Assembly (NCBI GenBank): GCA_025934255.1
Contig: JAICYJ010000009.1
Location: 2,804-66,803, forward strand
Direction of reading: 5' to 3'
From: Thermoleophilia bacterium
GTDB lineage: Bacteria > Actinomycetota > Thermoleophilia > Gaiellales > JAICJC01
DNA: 64,000 nt
The notes beneath the pieces are model-generated. The model did not search any database, was not told where the DNA came from, and worked only from the letters and a program-made list of their open reading frames with translations. The position numbers were made by a program, and so were the translations under genes. Shown here piece after piece: positions 47,813 to 56,635 of the stretch. Position 1 is the stretch's first letter. Each line of letters begins with the position of its first letter.

Positions 47813-48832
47813 GTGCAGGTAACCCTCAAGATCGAGCGCTACAACCCCGAGTCCGACGAGAGCCGGCAGGAGACGTTCACGGTGGACGTGGTCGAGGAGG
47901 CCACGCTGCTGGACGTGCTGGACGTGATCAAGGACGAGGTGGACGGGTCGCTCACCTACCGCAAATCCTGCCGGATGGCGGTGTGCGGCTCCTGCGGCAT
48001 GCGCATGGACGGGGCCGCGGTGCTGGCCTGCAAGACGCCGATGCGCCCGGTCGTCGAGGCCGGCGAGGTGCCGGTGATCTCGCCGATGGGCAACCTGCCG
48101 GTGCTGAAGGACCTGGTCGTGGACATGGAGCCCTTCTGGGCGAAGTTCCGCGCCATCAAGCCCTACCTGGACGACGGCGGCGAGGAGCCGCCGGTCAAGG
48201 AGTGGCGCATCCAGCAGGAGGAGCTCGACCGCGTCATGACCGAGGCGCTCTGCATCCAGTGCGGCTGCTGCGTGTCGGAGTGCAACTCGATGGAGGCCGA
48301 CCCCGACTTCCTCGGCCCGGCCGCGCTCGCCAAGGCCGCCCGCTTCGTCAACGACGTGCGTGACCGCGGCGGCAAGAGCCGGCTCGAGATCTACAACGGG
48401 CCGCACGGTGTCTGGGACTGCACCCGCTGCTACTTCTGCAACCAGCGCTGCCCCAAGGGCGTGCACCCGCGGGATGCGATCGCGAAGGTGGGTGCGGCCA
48501 TCTACCAGGAGGGCATGCACTCGGACGGCGGCGCCCGCCACGCGAAGGTGTTCGTCAAGTCCACGCACCAGACCGGCTACCTGCTGGAGACGCACCTGGT
48601 GCCCGAGACGGTGGGAGCCGTGAACGCGATCAAGGAGATCCCGTTCGCGCTGCGGCTGGCCCGGGCCGGCAAGGTGCCGAACCCGCTGAAGCCGCACAAG
48701 GCCAAGAAGCTGGACGAGGTGCGCAAGCTGAACAAGCTGATCGAGTCCCAGGAGCAGGCGACGCTGGAGGCCGCGAACGCCGGGCCGACCAGGCCGCCCG
48801 CCGACCCTGCACAAGCAAAGGAATCCGAGTGA
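47813..48832 (+). CDS. sdhB: succinate dehydrogenase iron-sulfur subunit (four-Cys third cluster motif, extended C-terminus)
   Basis: CRMAVCGSCGM...C (2Fe-2S), CIQCGCCVSEC, CTRCYFCNQRCP. Confidence 0.9.
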   Translation: MQVTLKIERYNPESDESRQETFTVDVVEEATLLDVLDVIKDEVDGSLTYRKSCRMAVCGSCGMRMDGAAVLACKTPMRPVVEAGEVPVISPMGNLPVLKDLVVDMEPFWAKFRAIKPYLDDGGEEPPVKEWRIQQEELDRVMTEALCIQCGCCVSECNSMEADPDFLGPAALAKAARFVNDVRDRGGKSRLEIYNGPHGVWDCTRCYFCNQRCPKGVHPRDAIAKVGAAIYQEGMHSDGGARHAKVFVKSTHQTGYLLETHLVPETVGAVNAIKEIPFALRLARAGKVPNPLKPHKAKKLDEVRKLNKLIESQEQATLEAANAGPTRPPADPAQAKESE

Positions 48833-49722
48833 AGTCAAGCTACGCCTACTACCCGGGCTGCCTCGCGAGCCTGTCGCAAAAGGAGCTCGACACCTCCACC
48901 CGCGCGATCGCCGACAAGCTGGGGATGACGCTGGTCGACATCCCCGGGTTCACCTGCTGCGGCGCCGGCGACGTGCACGAGGCGCGCCCGGAGTACTACC
49001 TGCACCTGAACGCCCGCATCCTCGGCCAGGCCGAGCAGCTCGGCCAGGACACGCTGATGACGATCTGCAACGTGTGCACGCTCAACCTGCGCCAGGCAAA
49101 CGCGAAGCTGCAGGCCGACCCCGAGCTGCTGCAGCGGGTCAACCGCAACCTCAAGGAGGTCGGCGCGGCGTCCTACTCGGGCGGCGTCGACGTCCGCCAC
49201 CTGCTCTGGGAGATCGCCGAGGGCGATGGCTACGAGAAGCTCAAGCAGATCGCCGAGAAGCCGCTGACGGGCGTCAAGATCGCGCCGTTCTACGGCTGCC
49301 AGATCCTGCGGCCGTCGCGCCTGCTGGGGTTCGAGGATCCCGACCGGCCGCAGTCGCTGGAGCGGATCATCGAGGCCTGCGGCGCGGAGCCGGTCGATTA
49401 CCCGAGCAAGATCAAGTGCTGCGGGTTTCCGATCGTGCTGGCCCGCGCCGAGGTGGCGCTGGGTGAGCTGATCCAGCCCCTAGCCGAGGCCAAGGAGGCC
49501 GGCGCGGACGCAATGGTGACCCCGTGCCCGCTCTGTCACCTGTCGCTGGACGCCTGGCAGGGCAAGGCATCACGCGAGGCCGACATGGAGTTCGACCTGC
49601 CCATCTTCCACCTCGCCCAGCTGGTGGGCGCGGCGGCCGGGCTCAGCTACGACGAGCTCCAGTTCAAGCGCCACATCGTCAAGGCCTACCCGGTCACGGA
49701 CAAGATCTACCAGGGAGTCTGA
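48829..49722 (+). CDS. CCG-domain (HdrB-like) subunit of non-classical succinate dehydrogenase
   Basis: Two Cys-rich CCG motifs (PGFTCCGAG..., KIKCCGFP...TPCPLC). GTGA overlap (GTG start) with the sdhB stop. Confidence 0.85.
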   Translation: MKSSYAYYPGCLASLSQKELDTSTRAIADKLGMTLVDIPGFTCCGAGDVHEARPEYYLHLNARILGQAEQLGQDTLMTICNVCTLNLRQANAKLQADPELLQRVNRNLKEVGAASYSGGVDVRHLLWEIAEGDGYEKLKQIAEKPLTGVKIAPFYGCQILRPSRLLGFEDPDRPQSLERIIEACGAEPVDYPSKIKCCGFPIVLARAEVALGELIQPLAEAKEAGADAMVTPCPLCHLSLDAWQGKASREADMEFDLPIFHLAQLVGAAAGLSYDELQFKRHIVKAYPVTDKIYQGV

Positions 49723-49759
49723 CCCCGGTGGGTGTCCGGCCTGCACCCGGAGGGGGCGC

Positions 49760-51163
49760 GTGAGCCCCAGCTACGCCGCGCTGTTCCGCTCGCCCTACCG
49801 CGCGATGATGGTGGCCGCCCTGGGCGCCACCTTCCTGGGCTCGCTGGACGCGCTGATGGTGGTGACTGCGCTGCCCAGCGCGGCGCAGGACATCGGCGGC
49901 GTCGACCTGATCTCGCTGGCGGTGGGCGCCACCATGGTGACGATCGTGATGACGCTGCCGCTGGCCGGGGCGCTGATCGACCGCTACGGCGTTGCCCGCA
50001 GCTTCGCGATCGCCTGCGTACTGTTCTCGGCCGCGAACGTGCTGGGCGGGCTGGCCCCGTCGATGCCGGTGGTGGCCCTGTCACGGGGGGTGCTGGGGCT
50101 GGGCGCCGGGTTCATGTTCGCGGTGCCGCTGGGCCTGTTCGCGCTGTACGTGCCGAACGAGCTGCGCCCGCGGGCGTTCGGCCTGAACGCGGCCATGTGG
50201 GGCGTCTCGGCCCTGATCGGGCCGGCGCTTGGCGCCGCCCTGACCGGCTCGGTGGGCTGGCGCTGGGTGTTCTGGGTGAACCTGCCCCTGATCGCGATCG
50301 TGGCCTGGGCGGCGCGGCTGGCGCTGCAGTCGCACCCCGCCCGCGAGCCGAGGCACGACGCCCAGCCGCTGAACGTGGTGGGGCCGGTGCTGCTCGGAAC
50401 CACCGTGCTGTTCCTGCTGGTGGCCGCCCGCGAGCCGGCCGTCGCGCTGGCCGCGCTGGTGCCGGCGATCGCGTTCCTGGCGCATGAGCGGCGAACGGCG
50501 GTGCCCGTGTTCACGCACCGCCCGGTGTCGATCGCCGCCAACGTGACGGCGCTGGCGGCCGGCTCCGCGTTCCTCGGCGCCGAGGTGTACCTGCCGCTGC
50601 AGCTGCAGGTCGGGTTTGGAGAGCCGGTGGCGGTGGTGGCGGTGGCGCTGGTGCTGACGACGCTGGGGTGGACGACGGGCTCGATGGTGGCGGCGCGGAT
50701 CGGGGCGCCGCCCCGCGACCAGATCATGCTGGGCTCGCTGCTGGTGTTCGTGGGCACGCTGATGATGGCGCTGCCCGCGGGCGGGGTGGTGCTGCCGATC
50801 GTGTGCTACGCCGTGTCCGGCCTGGGCATGGGCATCGCCAGCCCGGCGCTGTTCGAGGTGGTGCTGGCCGACGGCGACGCCGGACGCGAGGGCAAGTCCA
50901 CCTCGTCGATCCCGCTGGCGCGCCAGGTGGGAGCGGGCCTGGGCACGGCCGTGGCCGGCATCGTGTTTTTGGCCTCGTTGTCCGATCAGGCGATCAAAGC
51001 TGCCGAGCGCAAGGGAGCCCACGTGCCGGCCGTGGTGCCGGCGGCACGGCACACGTACATCGCGGCCGCGCTCTTGAGCGCGATCGGGCTGGTGGCGTGC
51101 TACTGGCTGCGGCGCGAGCCCAGCCACGCGGTGGCGCCCAGTGCCGACCGAGCCGCCGCGTAG
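49760..51163 (+). CDS. MFS transporter (drug:H+ antiporter-like)
   Basis: 467-aa polytopic protein. GGAGGGGG RBS, GTG start. Confidence 0.85.
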   Translation: MSPSYAALFRSPYRAMMVAALGATFLGSLDALMVVTALPSAAQDIGGVDLISLAVGATMVTIVMTLPLAGALIDRYGVARSFAIACVLFSAANVLGGLAPSMPVVALSRGVLGLGAGFMFAVPLGLFALYVPNELRPRAFGLNAAMWGVSALIGPALGAALTGSVGWRWVFWVNLPLIAIVAWAARLALQSHPAREPRHDAQPLNVVGPVLLGTTVLFLLVAAREPAVALAALVPAIAFLAHERRTAVPVFTHRPVSIAANVTALAAGSAFLGAEVYLPLQLQVGFGEPVAVVAVALVLTTLGWTTGSMVAARIGAPPRDQIMLGSLLVFVGTLMMALPAGGVVLPIVCYAVSGLGMGIASPALFEVVLADGDAGREGKSTSSIPLARQVGAGLGTAVAGIVFLASLSDQAIKAAERKGAHVPAVVPAARHTYIAAALLSAIGLVACYWLRREPSHAVAPSADRAAA

Positions 51164-51202
51164 CTGTCACGACCTGGTGGCGGTGCTGTCACACCGTCCG
51201 GC

Positions 51203-52981
51203 GTGTCCGTGATCCGTGCGACACTGACGAGCATGGGCGCGGGCACCGCCACCACCGATCTCTCGGCCGAGCTGCAGCGGCTGTTCGGCTTCGAACGCTT
51301 TCGCCCCGGGCAGCGCGAGGCGATCGAGGGCACCCTGTCGGGCCGCGACGTGCTCGCGATCATGCCCACCGGCTCGGGCAAGTCGCTCTGCTACCAGCTG
51401 CCGGCGCTGCTCGGCGAGGGTGTCACGCTGGTCGTCTCACCCCTGATCGCGCTGATGCAGGACCAGTCGGCCGCGCTTCGCGCCGGCGGCCACGACGACG
51501 TCGAGATGATCGCCTCGATCATGACCGGCGAGCAGGTGGGCGTGGCCCTTGCCCGCATCGCCGCCGGCCGCGCGCGTCTGGTCTACGTCGCCCCCGAGCG
51601 CTTCTCCAGCCGCCGCTTCCTGGACGCGATCGGCCAGGCCAACGTCGACCGGCTCGCGATCGACGAGGCGCACTGCCTGTCGGAGTGGGGTCACGACTTC
51701 CGGCCCGACTACCTGCGGCTGTCGGATGTGCGCAAACGGCTCGGCACCCCCGCGACGCTGGCCCTGACCGCGACGGCCACGCCGCGCGTCGCCCGCGACA
51801 TCGTCTCGGCGCTGGAGCTGCGCGACCCGGTGATGGCCCGCACCGGCTTTGACCGCCCCAACCTGTTCCTGGAGGTGCTGCACGTGGCCGGCGAGGCCGG
51901 CAAGCCGCGCATGCTGCTGGCGCACCTGAAGGACCGCAAACGGCTCCCGGCGGTGGTCTACTGCGGACGCCGCAAGACCTGCGAGCAGGTGGCCGCGCAC
52001 CTGCTCGGCGACGGCATCAGCGCCGCGCCCTACCACGCCGGCCTGCCCGCGCACGAGCGCACCGCCACGCTCCAGCAGTTCCTGGCCGGCGAGCTCGAGG
52101 CGGTCGCGGCGACCACCGCGTTTGGCATGGGCATCGACAAGGCCGACGTGCGCTCGGTCGTGCACTGGACGATCCCGTCCTCGCCCGAGGAGTACTACCA
52201 GCAGGCGGGCCGGGCCGGCCGCGACGGTGCTCCCGCGGTCTGCACGCTGCTCTACACCGCCGCCGACAAGGGCCTGATCGCCTACTTCATCGACCGCGCG
52301 AAGCTGACCGAGGCGCAGCTGCGCTCGGTGCACGCGCTGCTGGCGGCGAACGCCGACCCGTCGGGGGTGTTCCGGGTGTCGGAGTCGGACGTGCCCGCCG
52401 ACGACCCTCGCGTCGCCGTCGCCGTGCTGGAGCGGGCCGGGGCGCTGGAGCTGTTTCCGGCCCGAAGCGGCGGCTTCTCGGGCAGGCTGGCGGAGCCCGC
52501 CCTCAGCCGCCGCCACTCGGCCGCGGCCATGGTCGCGATGAAGCGCCAGCAGAACCTGCGCTGGGACCGGCTGAAGGCGATCGACCGCTACGCCGCCGGC
52601 GACGGCTGCCGCCGCGCCGCCCTGCTCGGCTACTTCGGCGACACGCCGGAGCCGCGGCCCGACGAGCTGTGCTGCGACAACCACGGCACCCGTGCCCGCT
52701 CGCCGCTGCAGGTGGACGAGCGCGAAGCGGTGCTGCTGTGCGTGGAGGAGACACGGGGCGCCGTCGGGCGCACGCGGCTGACCCAGATCCTGCGCGGCGG
52801 CCGTGCCCGCGACCTGCTGGCCGCCGGCCACCACAAGCTCGAGAGCCATGCCCGCCTCGCCCACCGAAACGAGGCCCAGGTGCTGGAGGTGATCGACGGG
52901 CTGATCGCCGACGGCACGCTGGTCAAGACCGACGGCAGGTATCCGGTCGTGCGCCGCGCGCCGCCGGCGGCTGATGGTTGA
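51203..52981 (+). CDS. recQ: ATP-dependent DNA helicase RecQ
   Basis: FRPGQREAIE, PTGSGKSLCYQLPA, DEAHCLSEWGHDFRPDY, RQC region. The start may be the ATG at 51233. Confidence 0.9.
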   Translation: MSVIRATLTSMGAGTATTDLSAELQRLFGFERFRPGQREAIEGTLSGRDVLAIMPTGSGKSLCYQLPALLGEGVTLVVSPLIALMQDQSAALRAGGHDDVEMIASIMTGEQVGVALARIAAGRARLVYVAPERFSSRRFLDAIGQANVDRLAIDEAHCLSEWGHDFRPDYLRLSDVRKRLGTPATLALTATATPRVARDIVSALELRDPVMARTGFDRPNLFLEVLHVAGEAGKPRMLLAHLKDRKRLPAVVYCGRRKTCEQVAAHLLGDGISAAPYHAGLPAHERTATLQQFLAGELEAVAATTAFGMGIDKADVRSVVHWTIPSSPEEYYQQAGRAGRDGAPAVCTLLYTAADKGLIAYFIDRAKLTEAQLRSVHALLAANADPSGVFRVSESDVPADDPRVAVAVLERAGALELFPARSGGFSGRLAEPALSRRHSAAAMVAMKRQQNLRWDRLKAIDRYAAGDGCRRAALLGYFGDTPEPRPDELCCDNHGTRARSPLQVDEREAVLLCVEETRGAVGRTRLTQILRGGRARDLLAAGHHKLESHARLAHRNEAQVLEVIDGLIADGTLVKTDGRYPVVRRAPPAADG

Positions 52982-53059
52982 TTCCACGGGATCCGTGGCT
53001 TCTGGTCGCAGGACGAGGTGTTCGAGACGACGGGATCGACCGCAGGGCAGGCTCGGTGA

Positions 53060-53544
53060 AGGCTGTTCAAGGGCGATCGTGGCGTCTGGGGCGACTCGGA
53101 CCAGCTCCAGGGCCAAGCAGCCCGTGGAACCAATCATCTAGTGGAGGACCCGAAGCGGGCCACCGCCAGCCTGCGCTTCGCGTACGAGGGCGGCGAGCCG
53201 ATCCCGCGGGCGGGTGATCTGAGCGTGATCCTCGACGGCGACGGCGAGCCGCTGTGCGTGATCCGCACCACCCACGTCGAGATCCGCCGCTTCGCCGATG
53301 TGGACGAGGGGTTCGCGTGGACCGAGGTGAGGGTGATCGCAGCCTCGCCTACTGGCGCGAGGCCCACGTCGGCTTCTTCACGGCCACCGGGACGCCGCCC
53401 GAGGACGACACCGAGGTCGTCCTCGAGCGCTTCGATCTGCTCTGGGCGCCGCCGGCGGGCGGCTGGCTCCGGCACCGTTTCGCCACCATCCGTGACCACC
53501 CCGTTTCCGCTTGCGCCGGTAGCTTGGCGACATGTCCCGGCTGA
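53060..53544 (+). pseudogene. ASCH domain gene disrupted by a frameshift (possibly also N-terminally decayed)
   Basis: Frame A reads ..GDSDQL..KRATASLRFAYEGGEPIPRAGDLSVILDGDGEPLCVIRTTHVEIRRFADVDEGFAWTE. It must jump frame at about 53327 to continue GEGDRSLAYWREAHVGFF...VVLERFDLLW. The sequence reads accgaggtgagggtgat where accgagggtgagggtgat is expected. Confidence 0.6.
53520..53525 (+). promoter_or_regulatory. -10 box TAGCTT, 6 nt upstream of the ATG (leaderless nuclease gene)
   Basis: TAGCTT-ggcgac-ATG(53532). Confidence 0.4.
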
Positions 53545-54029
53545 TCCCGATCCTGATCGTCGCCGCGCTGGCCGCCGCCGGCTGGTGGTGGGTGCACGGG
53601 GGCGGGCCGCCGCCGGCCGAGGCCACGGTGTCGCGCGTGGTCGACGGCGACACCGTCTGGGTGCGGGCCGGATCGCGCTCGCTGGATGTGCGGCTGCTGG
53701 GCATCGATACGCCCGAGACGGTCGACCCCCGCCGGCCGGTCGGCTGCTTTGGCCCCGAGGCGTCCGCGTACACCAAACACCTGCTGACGGGCCGCCGGGT
53801 GCGGCTGGTCTACGACCGCCAGCTGCACGACAGGTACGGACGCTGGCTGGCGTACATCTACCTGGAGCGGCCGGGGCGTCCCGACCTGTTCGTGAACGCG
53901 CGGCTGGTGTCGGCCGGGTACGCCCGCACGCTGTCGATCCCGCCCAACACCGCCCACGCAACCGACCTGTCCGCACTCGAGCGCGAGGCGGCGTTGGCCG
54001 GCCGCGGGCTGTGGGCGGCCTGCGGTTGA
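53532..54029 (+). CDS. thermonuclease (SNase) family protein, membrane-anchored/secreted
   Basis: N-terminal TM segment, then VVDGDTVWV...VRLLGIDTPE... Confidence 0.85.
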   Translation: MSRLIPILIVAALAAAGWWWVHGGGPPPAEATVSRVVDGDTVWVRAGSRSLDVRLLGIDTPETVDPRRPVGCFGPEASAYTKHLLTGRRVRLVYDRQLHDRYGRWLAYIYLERPGRPDLFVNARLVSAGYARTLSIPPNTAHATDLSALEREAALAGRGLWAACG

Positions 54030-54036
54030 GGACCGG

Positions 54037-54042
54037 TAGACT
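54037..54042 (+). promoter_or_regulatory. -10 box TAGACT, 6 nt upstream of the ATG (leaderless small gene)
   Basis: TAGACT-gcggcc-ATG(54049). Confidence 0.4.
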
Positions 54043-54048
54043 GCGGCC

Positions 54049-54252
54049 ATGCGCCGTCTGATTGGCATAGCTGTGATCGCCGCGACCGCCGCGGTGATCG
54101 CGCGCCGGCTGACGAACCGGGATGACCCGGTCGCCGCCAGCGGCAACGGGCACACGGCGGACCAGGAGCGCGTCGAGATGCTGCGCGAGCGGATCGGAGC
54201 CGCCCGCCGCAGGCTTCGCGACGAGTTCGACAGCGTGCGTGGCAGCGACTAG
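54049..54252 (+). CDS. small membrane-anchored protein (67 aa), unknown function
   Basis: TM-like LIGIAVIAATAAVIA followed by a charged helix. Supported by the leaderless -10 spacing. Confidence 0.5.
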   Translation: MRRLIGIAVIAATAAVIARRLTNRDDPVAASGNGHTADQERVEMLRERIGAARRRLRDEFDSVRGSD

Positions 54253-55072
54253 ACGCGCGCTCGGCGCGCTACTCGCGGGCGGTGGGCTGCTGGCCGGCTG
54301 GGGTCTGTTCGAGGCGCAGTGGCTCGAGCGCCGGGAGCTGCGCGTGCCGGTGGCCGGACTGCCGCCCGAGCTGGAAGGCCTCAGCATCCTGCATCTCTCC
54401 GACTTTCACGCCGGGACGCCCTCGCTGAACCTGCGCACGATGCAGGCGGCGGTTGCCTACGGCGTGTCACAGCAGCCCGACATGGTGGTCGTGACCGGCG
54501 ACATCATCGCCCACCCGCGTGGGCAGCAGCCGGTGTTCGATCAGCTGGCGCGGCTGGATCCGCCGCTCGGCATGTATGTGTCGCTGGGCAACCACGACAC
54601 CGGCTCCACGCGCGACCCGTTCTCCCGCGGCGTGGTGCCGGACAGCTGGGGCGACGCCCCCGTGCAGCTCCTGCGCGACCGCAGCGTGATGGTGGAGCGC
54701 GGCGGTGTGCCGATCGAGGTGGCGGGGCTGGAGCCGGATCCATGGATCCAGGGACGGTCACGCCCCGAGCGGTTGTTCACCGGCCCGGGAGGTCTGCGGA
54801 TCCTGCTCGCGCACTTCCCGGACGTGGTCGACGACCTGGCGCCCGGGACCTGCTCGCTGGTGCTCGCCGGCCACCTGCACGGCGGCCAGATCTGCCTGCC
54901 CAGGCCGGGCGGGCGCCTGCGGCTGTCGCACACCCGCTGGCGCTACCTGGACGGCATCCACCGGGTCGGCGACACCACGCTGGTGGTCTCGCGCGGCACC
55001 GGCACGACGCTGGTGCCGTTCCGGCTTCTGGCGCGGCCGGAGGCGTCGCTGCTGCGCCTCACGGCCGGCTGA
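54239..55072 (+). CDS. metallophosphoesterase, membrane-anchored
   Basis: ILHLSDFHAG, VVTGDII, GNHD, GHLHGGQ motifs. GTG start at 54239 chosen before the TM segment. Confidence 0.8.
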   Translation: MAATRRALGALLAGGGLLAGWGLFEAQWLERRELRVPVAGLPPELEGLSILHLSDFHAGTPSLNLRTMQAAVAYGVSQQPDMVVVTGDIIAHPRGQQPVFDQLARLDPPLGMYVSLGNHDTGSTRDPFSRGVVPDSWGDAPVQLLRDRSVMVERGGVPIEVAGLEPDPWIQGRSRPERLFTGPGGLRILLAHFPDVVDDLAPGTCSLVLAGHLHGGQICLPRPGGRLRLSHTRWRYLDGIHRVGDTTLVVSRGTGTTLVPFRLLARPEASLLRLTAG

Positions 55073-55102
55073 CCGGGCGACGCCCCTGCGGGCGCCGCCC
55101 GG
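55073..55102. terminator. GC-rich hairpin between convergent genes (12 bp with one mismatch, no T tract)
   Basis: CCGGGCGaCGCCC-ctgc-GGGCGcCGCCCGG, read from the sequence. Confidence 0.35.
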
Positions 55103-55114
55103 CCGCTTCGCCCT

Positions 55115-55936
55115 TCACGCGGCGGCCACCTGCGCCGCCCGCTGCAGGCGGATGTCGCCGCTGGCCGAGTTGGCCTTGATGCGCAGGTCGACGTCGCCGC
55201 CCGCGCCGGAGTCGTCCGGCTCCAGGTCGGACTGGGTGCTGCCGCTCATCGAGCTGACGTCCATCCACACGCGGGCGCCTGCGGCCACGCCCAACGTGAT
55301 GTCGCCGGACACCGACTGCAGCCTGGCCTCGCCCCGCCGCACGCTCTCGACGGTGACGTCGCCGGAGACGCCCTTGGCGTTCACCGAGGAGCCGGCCGAC
55401 GTCACGTGCAGGTCGCCCGACACCGTGCTGGCCGAGATCTCGCCCGCCACCGGCCCCAGCTCGAGGTCGCCGGAGACGCTGCTGAGGTTGGCCTTGCCGT
55501 CGACGCGTTCCACGTCGAGGTCGCCGCTGACGGTCTTGACGTTGGCGTCGCCCGCGACCGCCCCCAGCGAGACGTCGCCGGAGGTGGTGTTCACCTTGGC
55601 CGCGCCGAAGCGGCCGCGGCCGGCCAGGTCGGCCGACACGGTGCTGGCGTCGATCGAGCTGCCGTGCGGCGCCGAGATGGCGAAGCGCAGCTCCGGCCCG
55701 CGGCGCAGCCCGAACAGCGAGCGGCCGCTGGGCGCCTCGACCGACAGCTCCTGGCTCTCGCCGCTGCCGCGCAGCTCCTGTTGGACGTTCTGGGCTGCCT
55801 CGACCGATGCCTGGTCGTTGCCAAGCGGCGTCACCTCGACCTCGGCGCGCGGCTCGTCCCAGGTGATGATGTCGATGCGTCCAGCCTCGAGCTTCAGCCG
55901 CAGGCGCACGGGATGGGGTGTCTGGTAGGTGGTCAT
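55115..55936 (-). CDS. DUF4097-family beta-strand repeat protein (putative adhesin-like)
   Basis: Repeated SGD[VIL] strands (TSGDVSLG, VSGDLDVE, VSGDLELG, VSGDLHVT, VSGDVTVE, VSGDITLG, ASGDIRLQ). Confidence 0.8.
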   Translation of the reverse strand: MTTYQTPHPVRLRLKLEAGRIDIITWDEPRAEVEVTPLGNDQASVEAAQNVQQELRGSGESQELSVEAPSGRSLFGLRRGPELRFAISAPHGSSIDASTVSADLAGRGRFGAAKVNTTSGDVSLGAVAGDANVKTVSGDLDVERVDGKANLSSVSGDLELGPVAGEISASTVSGDLHVTSAGSSVNAKGVSGDVTVESVRRGEARLQSVSGDITLGVAAGARVWMDVSSMSGSTQSDLEPDDSGAGGDVDLRIKANSASGDIRLQRAAQVAAA

Positions 55937-55949
55937 GGGTGCTCCTCTC

Positions 55950-56114
55950 TCACGAACGGGCGAAGCCGGTCAGCCGCAGCGTCTGCTGCGAGCGGATCAC
56001 GGACTGCGGTGTGGGGGTCGCGGTGGGCGTCCGCACCGGCTGCGTCCAGGGCGTGTACATGGCGGCTGCCGCTGCCGGCAGCCCGGAGGTGATGGATGCG
56101 CGTGGGTCGGTCAT
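55950..56114 (-). CDS. small ORF (54 aa) between the RHH protein and DUF4097 genes
   Basis: Below the track cutoff. MTDPRASITSGLPAAAAAMYTPWTQPVRTPTATPTPQSVIRSQQTLRLTGFARS. G/C-rich third positions. It shares the 15-nt initiation context GGAGCACCCATGACC with the DUF4097 gene. Confidence 0.4.
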   Translation of the reverse strand: MTDPRASITSGLPAAAAAMYTPWTQPVRTPTATPTPQSVIRSQQTLRLTGFARS

Positions 56115-56125
56115 GGGTGCTCCGT

Positions 56126-56581
56126 TCAGCTCGTTGCGTAGCCGGTGATGCGCCGGCCGCCGGGCCCGCTGCTGCCGCGGCCGCGGTCGAGGGCACGGGA
56201 GGTCGCGCGCACCAGCCAGGTGTTCAGCGATACGCCCTCCGCCGCCGCGGCGGCCTCGGCGCGTGTCTTCAGCTGCTCGGGAATGCGCAGCGTGATGCGG
56301 GCGGCCTGGGCGTCGTCGCCGGCCGGCTCCGCCTCGTGCGACGACTCCGAGTAGGTGAACCCGACGTCGCCTCCCGCCAGCCGCACGTCGATCTGACCGC
56401 TGGTGAGCTGGCCGTTCACCTCCAGCGCCGCCTCGGACAGGATGTCCAGGAGCCGCAGGCGCATGGCGGGGTCGAGCGCCCTGCTGAGCTGCTCAGCCAC
56501 CCGCAGGGTGCTCTCGTCTCCGATGCCGGCTGTCGCGATCAGGTCGGCGCGGAGGGCTTCGATGTGTCCGGCGATATTCAT
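56126..56581 (-). CDS. ribbon-helix-helix (HicB/Arc-like C-terminus) protein
   Basis: C-terminal ITLRIPEQLKTRAEAAAAAEGVSLNTWLVRA. Confidence 0.7.
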   Translation of the reverse strand: MNIAGHIEALRADLIATAGIGDESTLRVAEQLSRALDPAMRLRLLDILSEAALEVNGQLTSGQIDVRLAGGDVGFTYSESSHEAEPAGDDAQAARITLRIPEQLKTRAEAAAAAEGVSLNTWLVRATSRALDRGRGSSGPGGRRITGYATS

Positions 56582-56585
56582 GACG

Positions 56586-56604
56586 TCATTATGACATCAT
56601 TATG
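56586..56604. promoter_or_regulatory. direct repeat TCATTATG x2 (11-nt register) overlapping the -10 box, candidate operator
   Basis: TCATTATG at 56586-56593 and 56597-56604. Confidence 0.3.
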
Positions 56605-56615
56605 GCGTCTGTCAA
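56588..56615 (-). promoter_or_regulatory. leaderless promoter TTGACA-N16-CATAAT-N6-ATG
   Basis: On the complement, TTGACA is at 56615-56610 and CATAAT at 56593-56588. The ATG at 56581 is exactly 6 nt downstream. Confidence 0.55.
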
Positions 56616-56635
56616 GTGTCAGGGTGACGCCGGTG

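Noticed and set aside
51203-55072. RecQ + ASCH + nuclease + phosphoesterase as an anti-phage defence island
   Set aside because: RecQ looks like the housekeeping enzyme and ASCH is decayed. The nuclease and phosphoesterase are membrane/extracytoplasmic types with separate promoters, and no known defence-system signature genes are present.
55933-56196. 87-aa minus-strand ORF
   Set aside because: It overlaps both the RHH gene end and the better-supported 54-codon ORF in another frame. It is an Ala/Pro/Arg-rich shadow.
56126-56581. HicAB-type toxin-antitoxin module
   Set aside because: Only the RHH/HicB-like C-terminus is present. There is no HicA-like toxin ORF adjacent, and the downstream genes are a mini-ORF and DUF4097.
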